Below are positions 16,524-25,406 of a stretch of 64,000 nt of DNA, piece after piece. This stretch comes from Escherichia phage HK6. How positions within the stretch are numbered: position 1 is the first letter of the stretch; every line of letters begins with the position of its first letter. The DNA lies in sequence record PP724615.1, one strand, 5' to 3'. The notes below the pieces were generated by a model. That model had not been told where the DNA came from. It did no database searches and was given only the letters and a program-made list of their open reading frames with translations. Made by a program: the position numbers and the translations under genes.

Positions 16524-17021
16524 ATTTATATTGAATTGAGAGACATTAGTAAAAATTGATTTTGCTAATTTTTCTTGTTTACAATCCGCGATACGGAACA
16601 GTTAGGCTGCCCCATTAAGGGTTGTTTTAACTGTTACGTGTTAGTTTTTAAACAAATAGTTAATAGAATACTTAGCGATCTACATCCCGTAGGAACCCTG
16701 GTAAGGCCTCGAAGCAACCTAGTGTGAGGTGGTTGTGAAGTGAGACGGGAAGAGTGAAAAACTCTGAGAAGTGATGACGTAAGGTATACTGCATCTAGTA
16801 TGAGCTAGTACATGAAGCATTAGGTGAGCAAATCTGGCTTAGCGGCCATCCTCAAGGATTTGTGCGGTATAGTGAAGCGGCAGTGTAGCGTGAAAGGGGA
16901 AGTTGCCACCCCCCTTCAGTATTTGCGATTAATTGTTGAGAAATTGACAGTAACAGTTGTTCTATTCTTTCTGAATAGTCCTAAAGAAAACTTATTTCAT
17001 TTCCAACACAGGAGTATTGTT

Positions 17022-19811
17022 GTGTTCTCAATCCTACAAGGTCATGCAGGATTTCATCGCGACTTAGCCACAGGCATTTGGCGAGAAGTTAAAGCAGAAG
17101 ACTATCTTTTTGCTAAAAGATTTTCCTCAAAGCATCCTGAAGGTAAACCAGCTTCAATGCCCTTCAAGTTTGATGTAATTGATGAAGTTGATCCTCAAAC
17201 CCTAGTAGAAATGCTCCCTCTTATGAGACGTTTAACGTCTGACCCTCATATCGTTGCGGTACGAGGTCGATGTCTTGCACCCAAAAATAACGTGCGGCGT
17301 AAGAAGGGCAACTTTAATGTATCTAACCCAAGTCATATAATTGCATTGGACGTGGATGGTATTGTAGATACAGGTGGTTGTAACAAGTTTGATCTTGTTG
17401 GCATGGCTCGACATATTATTAGGATGTTAAATAGTATTAGTGAGGATATGTTTCCTCTTGATGCAGGGTTTATTGCTCATGCATCGTCTTCGGCTGGGCT
17501 AAAACCAGGTATCCGAATGCACTTAATACTAGAATCTAATGTTAAAGTAACTCAGGGTCAAATCAAATTCTTATTTACATCTATCAACGAAAGTAGTAGA
17601 CAAAAGTATGGCTTTGATATTGCCGACTTAGCTTATTACTCTTCCGTACAGCTCCATTATTTTGCAGATCCGTTATTTACCGATGGTATAGTAGATCCGT
17701 TTAAAGCGGAGGGTGCCTCACGTCTGGTATTTGTTAAGGGTTCTAAAGTAAATTTACCTAATAATCTGGTTGACTATGAAACAACTAGAGGTGAGTTTAA
17801 AGAGGAGTTCTACTCTTTACTCGACCAAATTAAGGGTAAAAAAGCTGCCTCTGATAAAGTAGAGGAAACTATCAGCGAACTAGAAGAAGCTGAGGATGGA
17901 GTGTACCTACGTATTATACCTAAACTCTATCATAGAGCTTTGGAGGATGGTGTTGATTTTGCATGGCTAGAAAAAGAAATCCGTCCAGCCTTATCAGAAT
18001 ATATTGCAACTAAAGATAATAGTCGCAATATTCAAGATTACTTTAATAACGGTCGTAAGCAGGCTCTAAAAGCATTTGTTAATAATTCTAAACGTGATAT
18101 ACCTGATGTTTTAAAAGGTATTCCACTTAAAAAGCTAGAAACTAACTCTCTAGAAACTGATAACTTCTTGAAATTAAATACTGTACCACCAGAAGGTTAT
18201 ATGACTTTTGTAAAAGCAAGTCTAGGTACAGGTAAAACTACGGCGGTTGTGCGTTGGTTAGATTCAGGAGTTATTAAAGGTAATTTCTTAGCAATTACCA
18301 ATACTCGAGCACTGGTATCTTCAAATGCTAAGAAATTTAGTGCAGGACAATATGATAAGTCTGTAGATATGCTTAATTTTAAGCGTGGCGCTATTGACCG
18401 TATGTCCACAACTATACATTCTTTGCATAAGTTCAAGAGTTTTATTGGTCAAATTGATGCAATCTTTATCGATGAATGTGATGCTGTAATGAATGACCTA
18501 TTATTCGCCCCGGTTGTTAAACAACGTCGTGAATGTATTCAGGTTCTTCGGGATATTCTTGCAACTGCAAAAATCATTATATTATCTGATGGGGATATTA
18601 GTGCAGAAACAATTGAAGCATACGGTTCTTTGATTGAGTTTGATAAACCAGTAGCATTTTATAATCATCACCGTAAGATGCTGTCAAAAGCTCATGCTTA
18701 TGAGTTCCCTGACGAATCCAGTATTTGGGTTGCACTTCAGACTTCTCTAGAGATGGGTGAGAAATCTATCCTAGTATCTGACTGTGGTCCAGATGAACTG
18801 AATGAGAAGGGCATGGCGTTGCGTCGTAATACGGGTGCGTTAGTTAAGGAAATCCACTCAAACTCTACGTCTGATGTAGATATTCGACGTATTCTGGATT
18901 ACACAACTAATGAGTTAATTGACCAACAAATTGATTGCTTATTATGTAGCCCATCCGTAACGAGCGGTGTTGACTTTAACTATTTTGATAACGTATTCGT
19001 TATTACTAGGACCAGTAACCAAGCGCCAAACATGCGTTTTCAAGCAATCAGGCGCGACCGTGGCGCTCAGAACATTTATTATTTTATTGATAAATCTACG
19101 AGTGGATTCTCCGCAGGTTCTGAGCAATATAACATTGACGAGGGTTGGCTGGAGTTAGCACAGCAATTATACGCACGTCGCAGAGAGCTGGAATCTAGGA
19201 ACTATACTAGTACTTTACGTTACTATTTGCTTGATCAGGGTGCAACTATTGATATTTTCAGTGAAAGCTGGGGAACTATCGAAGGTGCGGGGAAAGAATA
19301 TACAGAAGAGCGAATCAAAGCCATTTTGTATTCAACCCCTGATTATTGTGCTCCACGCCATGCAGATGCGTATGAAGCTAAACTACTTCTTGTACGCTAT
19401 TATCATCTTGAGTCTATTAAAGATGTAACAGTTGAGCATGTTGAACAATATATCAAGGATAAACCGAATGATCGAGCTGCATTCTTCCATAAGATGCACG
19501 AGATGTTCTGGGAAGATATTAAGAAGTGTTCAAATGTCACTATCAAACCATTCATAGAAGCTCTGAAAGGTAAGAAGAAAGATTTCTTCCTTAAAACAGG
19601 TCAGAGTGCTAACCCAAAATATGCAAGAATGTATCTTGGTATGATGGGTATTGGTAAGGATATGAACACGGAGAATATTGTAGACTGGTACAGAACCTAT
19701 TGTAAAATCGAGTGTATGCCAATCCCATATAAGTTTATGACTGATGAGGAGAAACATATGCATGATGAAGCAATGGCAGAGCTAGGTGCTAGAAATGACA
19801 GTGAAGAATAA
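17022..19811 (+). CDS. putative replication origin-binding-type helicase/ATPase
   Basis: Walker A ASLGTGKTT and Walker B IFIDECD mid-protein. Track ORF starts 16824; in-frame GTG 17022 preceded by GGAG (17011-17014) is the more plausible start. Confidence 0.55.
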   Translation: MFSILQGHAGFHRDLATGIWREVKAEDYLFAKRFSSKHPEGKPASMPFKFDVIDEVDPQTLVEMLPLMRRLTSDPHIVAVRGRCLAPKNNVRRKKGNFNVSNPSHIIALDVDGIVDTGGCNKFDLVGMARHIIRMLNSISEDMFPLDAGFIAHASSSAGLKPGIRMHLILESNVKVTQGQIKFLFTSINESSRQKYGFDIADLAYYSSVQLHYFADPLFTDGIVDPFKAEGASRLVFVKGSKVNLPNNLVDYETTRGEFKEEFYSLLDQIKGKKAASDKVEETISELEEAEDGVYLRIIPKLYHRALEDGVDFAWLEKEIRPALSEYIATKDNSRNIQDYFNNGRKQALKAFVNNSKRDIPDVLKGIPLKKLETNSLETDNFLKLNTVPPEGYMTFVKASLGTGKTTAVVRWLDSGVIKGNFLAITNTRALVSSNAKKFSAGQYDKSVDMLNFKRGAIDRMSTTIHSLHKFKSFIGQIDAIFIDECDAVMNDLLFAPVVKQRRECIQVLRDILATAKIIILSDGDISAETIEAYGSLIEFDKPVAFYNHHRKMLSKAHAYEFPDESSIWVALQTSLEMGEKSILVSDCGPDELNEKGMALRRNTGALVKEIHSNSTSDVDIRRILDYTTNELIDQQIDCLLCSPSVTSGVDFNYFDNVFVITRTSNQAPNMRFQAIRRDRGAQNIYYFIDKSTSGFSAGSEQYNIDEGWLELAQQLYARRRELESRNYTSTLRYYLLDQGATIDIFSESWGTIEGAGKEYTEERIKAILYSTPDYCAPRHADAYEAKLLLVRYYHLESIKDVTVEHVEQYIKDKPNDRAAFFHKMHEMFWEDIKKCSNVTIKPFIEALKGKKKDFFLKTGQSANPKYARMYLGMMGIGKDMNTENIVDWYRTYCKIECMPIPYKFMTDEEKHMHDEAMAELGARNDSEE

Positions 19812-20028
19812 AAAATGGGAAACAAGGAAGTTCCCAGTAAAAGAACGTAAAGTTCCTGTTTACGACACTTCGGAAAAGCTATGTAGGGTAGTACCGCATA
19901 GATTAGCTGGCATCCCTAACATATCCGAGTGGTTACTTAAACAACGGAAAACAAACGTGTCTCTTCGTATCGGCTTTGAGTTAGATAAAGTCTACGCTGA
20001 ACTTGCTTCTTTGCTCAAGGAATCGTAA
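19786..20028 (+). CDS. hypothetical protein
   Basis: 80-aa basic ORF overlapping the end of the upstream gene. Confidence 0.35.
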   Translation: MLEMTVKNKKWETRKFPVKERKVPVYDTSEKLCRVVPHRLAGIPNISEWLLKQRKTNVSLRIGFELDKVYAELASLLKES

Positions 20029-20036
20029 AAATTTAT

Positions 20037-20065
20037 TTGCTTTCAGGAAAATTTTTCTGTATAAT
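20037..20065 (+). promoter_or_regulatory. sigma70-type early promoter
   Basis: TTGCTT, 17 bp, TATAAT then AGATTCATAAATTTGAGAGAGGAG. Confidence 0.6.
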
Positions 20066-20096
20066 AGATTCATAAATTTGAGAGAGGAGTTTAAAT

Positions 20097-20801
20097 ATGG
20101 CTGGTTCTCGCAGAAAGAAACATATCCATGAAATCCCGGATGAAGTCTTTAAAAAGGTTATAGAGCATCTGGAGAACGGTGGTACTAAGAAAGCAGCATG
20201 TGAAATGCTCGGCGTATCATCCAATCCAACTATGGAAAGGATGATTGAAGAATGGCAAGACCGCCAGATTCAAGTTGCCGAAATGAAGAAAAAGAAACGT
20301 GGTACACTCATTGAAGGCATTGAGTTAGCTAACGTTATTGAGCAGTATTTATCTGGTGATTCTTTTGAAGAAATTGCCGATCGTAATTATCGCTCTGTAG
20401 CAATGGTCAAATCAGTTTTGGAACGCTATGGTGCTTTACTTCGTTTGAACGATATTGTAGACCCATTGAATCCTCCAATTATTCCTGATGATGCTGTAGC
20501 AGAAGAATTTGCAGTTGGTGAGCTTGTTTGGGTTCCTGGATACCAGTGTATAGGCGAAATCAAAAAGGCAATGGATAATCCTGTAGGTTGCTACCGTGTA
20601 TGGCTTCTATCGGAAGGCAAACAACAGAACGTCCATTATATGAATTACGAGCTGGCCTCTGTTAAACATCTGGAAAAATTAGGGGTTGACGTAAAATCTC
20701 TAGGGTACAAGTGGACTCGTGAAGAAGTAATTTCATTAATTAATGAAGCTGTTAAGGCTGCCTTGAAACTTGATAAAGAAAAAGGAAAACGCCGTGAGTA
20801 G
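20097..20801 (+). CDS. putative DNA-binding regulatory protein
   Basis: 234 aa; HTH-like segments TKKAACEMLGVS and SFEEIADRNYRSVAMVKSVLERYG. Confidence 0.4.
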   Translation: MAGSRRKKHIHEIPDEVFKKVIEHLENGGTKKAACEMLGVSSNPTMERMIEEWQDRQIQVAEMKKKKRGTLIEGIELANVIEQYLSGDSFEEIADRNYRSVAMVKSVLERYGALLRLNDIVDPLNPPIIPDDAVAEEFAVGELVWVPGYQCIGEIKKAMDNPVGCYRVWLLSEGKQQNVHYMNYELASVKHLEKLGVDVKSLGYKWTREEVISLINEAVKAALKLDKEKGKRRE

Positions 20802-21045
20802 GCTAACTGATTTGCTTAAAGATGGGGAAGTAAAAACTCTCTATCGTAGAAGCTGGGATAATGATAATAATGGCTTAGTATTACTAACTCTAGATGCTGA
20901 CTCAGATGTAGTTACCCAACATACCTGGGTAGCTGGTAATTATCCCTATAGTGAGGTTGTTACGTTAACAGTATGCGAAGCTATTGCCGACGATTGGGAG
21001 GTTGCCAGCATCGATGATATGCTCGCTGTTGGCCTGGTGGAGTAA
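20770..21045 (+). CDS. hypothetical protein
   Basis: 91-aa ORF. Confidence 0.35.
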   Translation: MIKKKENAVSRLTDLLKDGEVKTLYRRSWDNDNNGLVLLTLDADSDVVTQHTWVAGNYPYSEVVTLTVCEAIADDWEVASIDDMLAVGLVE

Positions 21046-21148
21046 CTACAGAAAAATTTCAGTTGCTTAATCCTATAATTCTTGATATAATATTCTCATA
21101 GTTTGAAAGAACTATTCTGTTTAATTCTTAATTAAGGAAATATAAAAT

Positions 21149-21559
21149 ATGACTACTCCAACTCAGTGGACTGATGAACTGTTCGAAAAAATGTCTTCCG
21201 AATACGTTGCTCGCATGGAGCAATTTCCAGAGGATGAACGTCCGGGTGTTAGCATGGAAATTGTTAGCGAAATTGCCCAGGAAAATGGTGTAACTCCGAA
21301 TGGTTTTCGTATGAAGCTAACTAAAGCAGGTGTGTATATCAAGAAAGCTGCTGGCTCCGCTTCTAAATCTAGCGCATCTACTGGAGAAAAAGCTTCTGGT
21401 GGTTCTCGTACTTCTAAAGCCCAAGCTCATGCCGACCTTCGTTCAGCATTCTCTGATGCTGGCCTAGCACCAGATTTTCTGGATGATGCAATTATCGACA
21501 AACTGACCGGTAAAGCGGCTGCTCATCTGGCAGAAGCAATCCGAGCTATCACTAAGTAA
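21149..21559 (+). CDS. hypothetical protein (probably highly expressed)
   Basis: 136 aa; host-optimal codon choice; Ser/Ala/Gly-rich linker. Confidence 0.45.
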   Translation: MTTPTQWTDELFEKMSSEYVARMEQFPEDERPGVSMEIVSEIAQENGVTPNGFRMKLTKAGVYIKKAAGSASKSSASTGEKASGGSRTSKAQAHADLRSAFSDAGLAPDFLDDAIIDKLTGKAAAHLAEAIRAITK

Positions 21560-21595
21560 TTTTTAGATAAATCCACCAACAAAAGGAACACAGTT

Positions 21596-21892
21596 ATGAC
21601 CAAAGCTGAAATTATCGCACAATGTGAAAAATTTGGTGAGTTTTATCTTCATTACGAAAAACTTCGTCAGAAAGGAACCACGTACCTTCAGGGTACGATG
21701 GAATTTGATCCAGCTCAAGATAAATATCTGGCTGAGCGTATTAAACGTGAACGTATTCGTAAAGCGAAAGATGATGAGATCCTTGTCTTCTCTCGTACTA
21801 ATGATAGCTTCCGTTTTATTCCTGTCGAGAAAGTCCGTCGTGTGACTAGCCTCCAATCAGAGTTAGATCGTGCTTCTCCAGTAGGCCGATAA
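21596..21892 (+). CDS. hypothetical protein
   Basis: 98-aa ORF followed by terminator hairpin. Confidence 0.4.
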   Translation: MTKAEIIAQCEKFGEFYLHYEKLRQKGTTYLQGTMEFDPAQDKYLAERIKRERIRKAKDDEILVFSRTNDSFRFIPVEKVRRVTSLQSELDRASPVGR

Positions 21893-21902
21893 GAAACCAA
21901 TT

Positions 21903-21926
21903 AGCCCCTATATGGGGCTTTTTGTG
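21903..21926 (+). terminator. rho-independent terminator
   Basis: AGCCCC-TATAT-GGGGCT followed by TTTTTGTG. Confidence 0.6.
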
Positions 21927-21942
21927 TATTTGGGATATGTAA

Positions 21943-22251
21943 ATGAGCGAACAGGTAAATCAAAACTATGAAGGACACGTTGATGACCAGTCCATCATAC
22001 TCTGGGAGAAGGAGGGAGAACAAGTAAGATTAACAGTATCTGAATTTCGTGGGAATCTATACATGGGTATTCGTTACTGGCTTCTTGATATTAATGATGA
22101 ATGGTTTCCAACGAAATCTGGCTTCTCTTTTCCTTACACCCTAGAAACAACATCACAGCTTTTCTATGCGTTTACACAGATTCTTAGCGAATCTGAGGTT
22201 TTACATGAGGTACAGAAACGAGCTGAAGAACTCAAAGCCAAGAATGCCTAG
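21943..22251 (+). CDS. hypothetical protein
   Basis: 102-aa ORF. Confidence 0.4.
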   Translation: MSEQVNQNYEGHVDDQSIILWEKEGEQVRLTVSEFRGNLYMGIRYWLLDINDEWFPTKSGFSFPYTLETTSQLFYAFTQILSESEVLHEVQKRAEELKAKNA

Positions 22252-22278
22252 TTCTTGGCTTTTTCTTTATAAATGTAT

Positions 22279-22307
22279 TTGCTTTCAACTCAGTTTTGTT
22301 ATATAAT
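22279..22307 (+). promoter_or_regulatory. sigma70-type early promoter
   Basis: TTGCTT, 17 bp, TATAAT then ATTTATATAAATTAATGAGAGGG. Confidence 0.6.
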
Positions 22308-22337
22308 ATTTATATAAATTAATGAGAGGGTTGCAAA

Positions 22338-22610
22338 GTGAAAAAGATAAATATAAGTACACTTAAACCTTTCCCATATATCGGACAGCCTCTTATACTT
22401 ATGTGGGAGGAGAAGATTAATGGAGAAAAGTATACTAAAATTAGAAGTGGGTATAAGCTGATTTCACTTCATTACGAAAAAGAAGTATTAACAGCTGAAA
22501 TATACTCTCCATTATCAGATAGGCTAGTAAAAACCACGTATTTGCATCTCTGCAAAAATTTTACATGGCACGGATCCACTAGACAGCCCACGTACTATGA
22601 GGCAGAATAA
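22338..22610 (+). CDS. hypothetical protein
   Basis: 90-aa ORF with GTG start immediately after the promoter/RBS box. Confidence 0.35.
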   Translation: MKKINISTLKPFPYIGQPLILMWEEKINGEKYTKIRSGYKLISLHYEKEVLTAEIYSPLSDRLVKTTYLHLCKNFTWHGSTRQPTYYEAE

Positions 22611-23582
22611 ATGACTAATGTAAAAGACTTTATTAAACGTTGCCAAGAAGCGTATTACCAGGGAATGTCTTTAATCTCTGACGAAGAATATGATCGTCTG
22701 ATTAAAAGATTTCCGTTAGAAGAAGAGATCGGGCCTAAGGGCGATATTCCACATCTGTATCGTATGTATTCTTTACAGAAAGTTTATTATAATCGTGGAG
22801 ATAAACCTCCATTTAACCCATTAGGTCAGGTAGAAACTGATAAGTTAGATGGTTGTGCGATTTCTCTGTTATATATTAATGGAGAATTTGTTCAAGCACT
22901 AACTCGTGGTAATGGTATTCTAGGGAATGATGTCACAAGCAACGTAAGATTGCTGAACATCCCTAAAAAGATTTCCCAAAAAGTACCTACTCAAATCACT
23001 GGTGAAGTTCTAATTACAAAAGAAGTAGAAAATAAACGTAACTTTGCCTCTGGTGCTATTAACCTCAAAGATAGTGATGATTTCGTACAACGTATCGGAG
23101 AAGGTGGTTTAATCTTCGTTGCATACGGTATCCAGTGTTCTGCTGAATCTGTAGGTATTACAGAAGCATATTTAAAAGATATGCTTTGGCTAGAGAATGA
23201 GGACTTCTTAACAGTTGTTAATGTGCGTTCCTTCTTTAAATGGATTCCGACGGACGGTAAAGTTGTTCGTATTAATGATAACAACAAATTCTTTCGTGAA
23301 GGCTGGACTAATAAATTTCCTCGTGGCGCATTCGCTATTAAAGAAGATGAAGAAGGCGAAATTACAACTCTTACTAAAGTTGAATGGCAGGTAGGGGCTT
23401 CTGGTAAAGTAACTCCAGTTGGTTATTTCGAACCGGTAATTATTGATGATGCTACAATTGTTAAGGCGACTCTTAATAACGTTGATTATATTAACTCTCT
23501 TGATCTAGAGATCGGTTGCCAGATTCGAGTAATTCGTGCTGGTGGTGTGATCCCGTGCATAGTAGAGCGAGTATACGATTAA
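22611..23582 (+). CDS. ligA: NAD-dependent DNA ligase, N-terminal (adenylation/OB) part
   Basis: KLDG motif (catalytic Lys, KxDG); ends before the zinc finger/HhH/BRCT portion. Confidence 0.7.
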   Translation: MTNVKDFIKRCQEAYYQGMSLISDEEYDRLIKRFPLEEEIGPKGDIPHLYRMYSLQKVYYNRGDKPPFNPLGQVETDKLDGCAISLLYINGEFVQALTRGNGILGNDVTSNVRLLNIPKKISQKVPTQITGEVLITKEVENKRNFASGAINLKDSDDFVQRIGEGGLIFVAYGIQCSAESVGITEAYLKDMLWLENEDFLTVVNVRSFFKWIPTDGKVVRINDNNKFFREGWTNKFPRGAFAIKEDEEGEITTLTKVEWQVGASGKVTPVGYFEPVIIDDATIVKATLNNVDYINSLDLEIGCQIRVIRAGGVIPCIVERVYD

Positions 23583-23725
23583 TACATAACCCTTTGCTAC
23601 CCATCTACCATATCGGAATTATAAAGTGGTTATTGACATTTTCGCCGCTTAGGTATATACTATTATCATTCAGTTGAGGGATAGAAAGTTATGGCGAGGG
23701 TAAGCAAAGTTAGTTAAAATTGTAG

Positions 23726-23754
23726 TTGCTAAATGCTTAAATACTTGCTATAAT
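23726..23754 (+). promoter_or_regulatory. sigma70-type promoter inside the ligase split
   Basis: TTGCTA, 17 bp, TATAAT then ATTTATATAAATTGATAAGGAAG. Confidence 0.6.
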
Positions 23755-23781
23755 ATTTATATAAATTGATAAGGAAGAAAT

Positions 23782-24564
23782 TTGATGAAAATCGAAATTC
23801 CAACACAATGTCCCTCTTGTGGTTCTAAGCTAGATCTTGTCAACGGACAATTATTCTGTAGGAATAAGTCCAACTGTCCAGCGCAATCAAGTAAGTTAAT
23901 TGAGAACTTCTGTTCAAAAATGAAGTTAAAGGGCTTTGGCCCAAAAACTATTGAGAAGCTGGAGCTGACGAAGATTTCAGAACTATTTTACCTAACCGAA
24001 GAAGATTTGGTTAGAGCCGTGGGTAGCAAGGTTGCCGCTAAGTTAATTAGCGAATTAAATACTAAAGTTCGCGGAGGCATTGACTTTGGTTCAGTTCTCG
24101 GTTCTTTAGGAATCCCTCTAATTGGAGAGGTTGCAGCAAAGAAATTATCCCAAAATTGCACTAGCTTCCACGATGTGAAGGCTGACGGCAAGGCTGGAGA
24201 AAACTATAAAGCCTGGCTAAATTCCCCACAAGGCAAGGATGTTATCGAACTACCGTGGAAATTCTCAACTGGTATTAAGGGCACTAAAGCCGACATCATC
24301 ATTACAGATGAGTTAGTTGCCCAGCCAAATGGAATCGCGGTATGTATTACCGGATCTTTGCAAGATTTTGCAAATCGAACGGATGCAACAAACTATTTAG
24401 AGAGTCTAGGATATACGGTTAAGAAATCCGTTACCAAAGACGTCAAATACCTAATCTGTGAGGATGAATCAAAACGTTCTTCCTCATCTTATAAGAAAGC
24501 CGAAACGAATGGGATAGAAATCCTGTCGATTAAAGAACTATTGGAGAAAAATAATAATGTCTAA
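23782..24564 (+). CDS. NAD-dependent DNA ligase, C-terminal (Zn-finger/HhH/BRCT) part
   Basis: Four-Cys zinc finger CPSCGS...CRNKSNCP, HhH-like GIPLIGEVAAKKL, BRCT-like CITGSL. Confidence 0.65.
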   Translation: MMKIEIPTQCPSCGSKLDLVNGQLFCRNKSNCPAQSSKLIENFCSKMKLKGFGPKTIEKLELTKISELFYLTEEDLVRAVGSKVAAKLISELNTKVRGGIDFGSVLGSLGIPLIGEVAAKKLSQNCTSFHDVKADGKAGENYKAWLNSPQGKDVIELPWKFSTGIKGTKADIIITDELVAQPNGIAVCITGSLQDFANRTDATNYLESLGYTVKKSVTKDVKYLICEDESKRSSSSYKKAETNGIEILSIKELLEKNNNV

Positions 24565-25324
24565 ACTGAACTGGAACGTAGAAGGTGTAACCGAGTCTCT
24601 GAAAGCAAAAGCCACTGCTCTGGGTGTTGCTGTAATCTCTCAAGAACAAGTAGCTGCTATCGCTGCTGAACTGGCTGCTGAAACTGGCAAAGATGTTACT
24701 GCTCGCTCTGTTGGCTCTAAACTGCGTAAAGAAGGTTTTGAAGTACAGAAAGCTAACGAAGTGCAGAAATCTCCGTGGACTCCTGAGCAGGAAGCTGAAC
24801 TGGTTGATTTCCTGAACGCTCATGCTGGTCAGTATACCTATGCTGAAATCGCTGCTGCTGTAGCTGGTGGTCAGTTCGGTGCTAAACAGGTACAGGGTAA
24901 GATCCTGAGTCTGGAAATGACCGCTTCTGTTAAACCAACTGAAAAAGCTGCTGCTGTTCGTTCCTTCACTCCGGATGAAGAAACTGATTTTGTTAATCAG
25001 GTTGTTGCTGGTGCTACTATTGAAGCTATCGCTGCTCACTTCGGTCGCAATATTAAGCAGATCCGTGGTAAAGCTCTGAGCCTGCTTCGTGAAGGTCGTA
25101 TTGCTGCTATGCCGGTACAGGAAACTTCAAGTGCTAAAACTCGTGAAGATCTGTTAGAAGGTCTAGATCTGGTTAACATGACTGTTGCTGAGATCGCTGA
25201 GAAAACCGGTAAGTCTGAGCGTGGTGTTAAATCTATGCTGTCTCGTCGTGGTCTGGTTGCTAAGGACTATGATGGTGCCGCTAAGCGTGCTAAACTGGAT
25301 GCAAAAGCTGCGGCTGCTGAATAA
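24557..25324 (+). CDS. four-repeat HTH-like protein (probably highly expressed)
   Basis: Four ~55-aa internal repeats each containing an (A/V)EIA...G(K/R)xxxx(V/I)xxKxLSxxxxG core; strongly host-optimal codons. Confidence 0.5.
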   Translation: MSKLNWNVEGVTESLKAKATALGVAVISQEQVAAIAAELAAETGKDVTARSVGSKLRKEGFEVQKANEVQKSPWTPEQEAELVDFLNAHAGQYTYAEIAAAVAGGQFGAKQVQGKILSLEMTASVKPTEKAAAVRSFTPDEETDFVNQVVAGATIEAIAAHFGRNIKQIRGKALSLLREGRIAAMPVQETSSAKTREDLLEGLDLVNMTVAEIAEKTGKSERGVKSMLSRRGLVAKDYDGAAKRAKLDAKAAAAE

Positions 25325-25341
25325 TCTGGTAAATTAAACCT

Positions 25342-25377
25342 AAGGGGAGGGGGCTATGCTCCTTCCCCTTTTTGCAT
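25342..25377 (+). terminator. rho-independent terminator
   Basis: AGGGGAGG...CCTTCCCCT stem followed by TTTTGCATTT. Confidence 0.55.
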
Positions 25378-25406
25378 TTAGAAGGCACGAAAGCGTGCAA
25401 AGGAGA

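Noticed and set aside
16824-17021. N-terminal 66 codons of the 995-aa ORF as genuine coding sequence
   Set aside because: No RBS before ATG 16824, atypical hydrophobic composition, and a good GGAG-GTG start at 17022. Treated as untranslated leader.
24530-25039. 169-aa minus-strand ORF antisense to the four-repeat gene
   Set aside because: Ser/Phe-rich low-complexity translation, antisense to a strongly codon-optimised gene in an otherwise plus-strand block.
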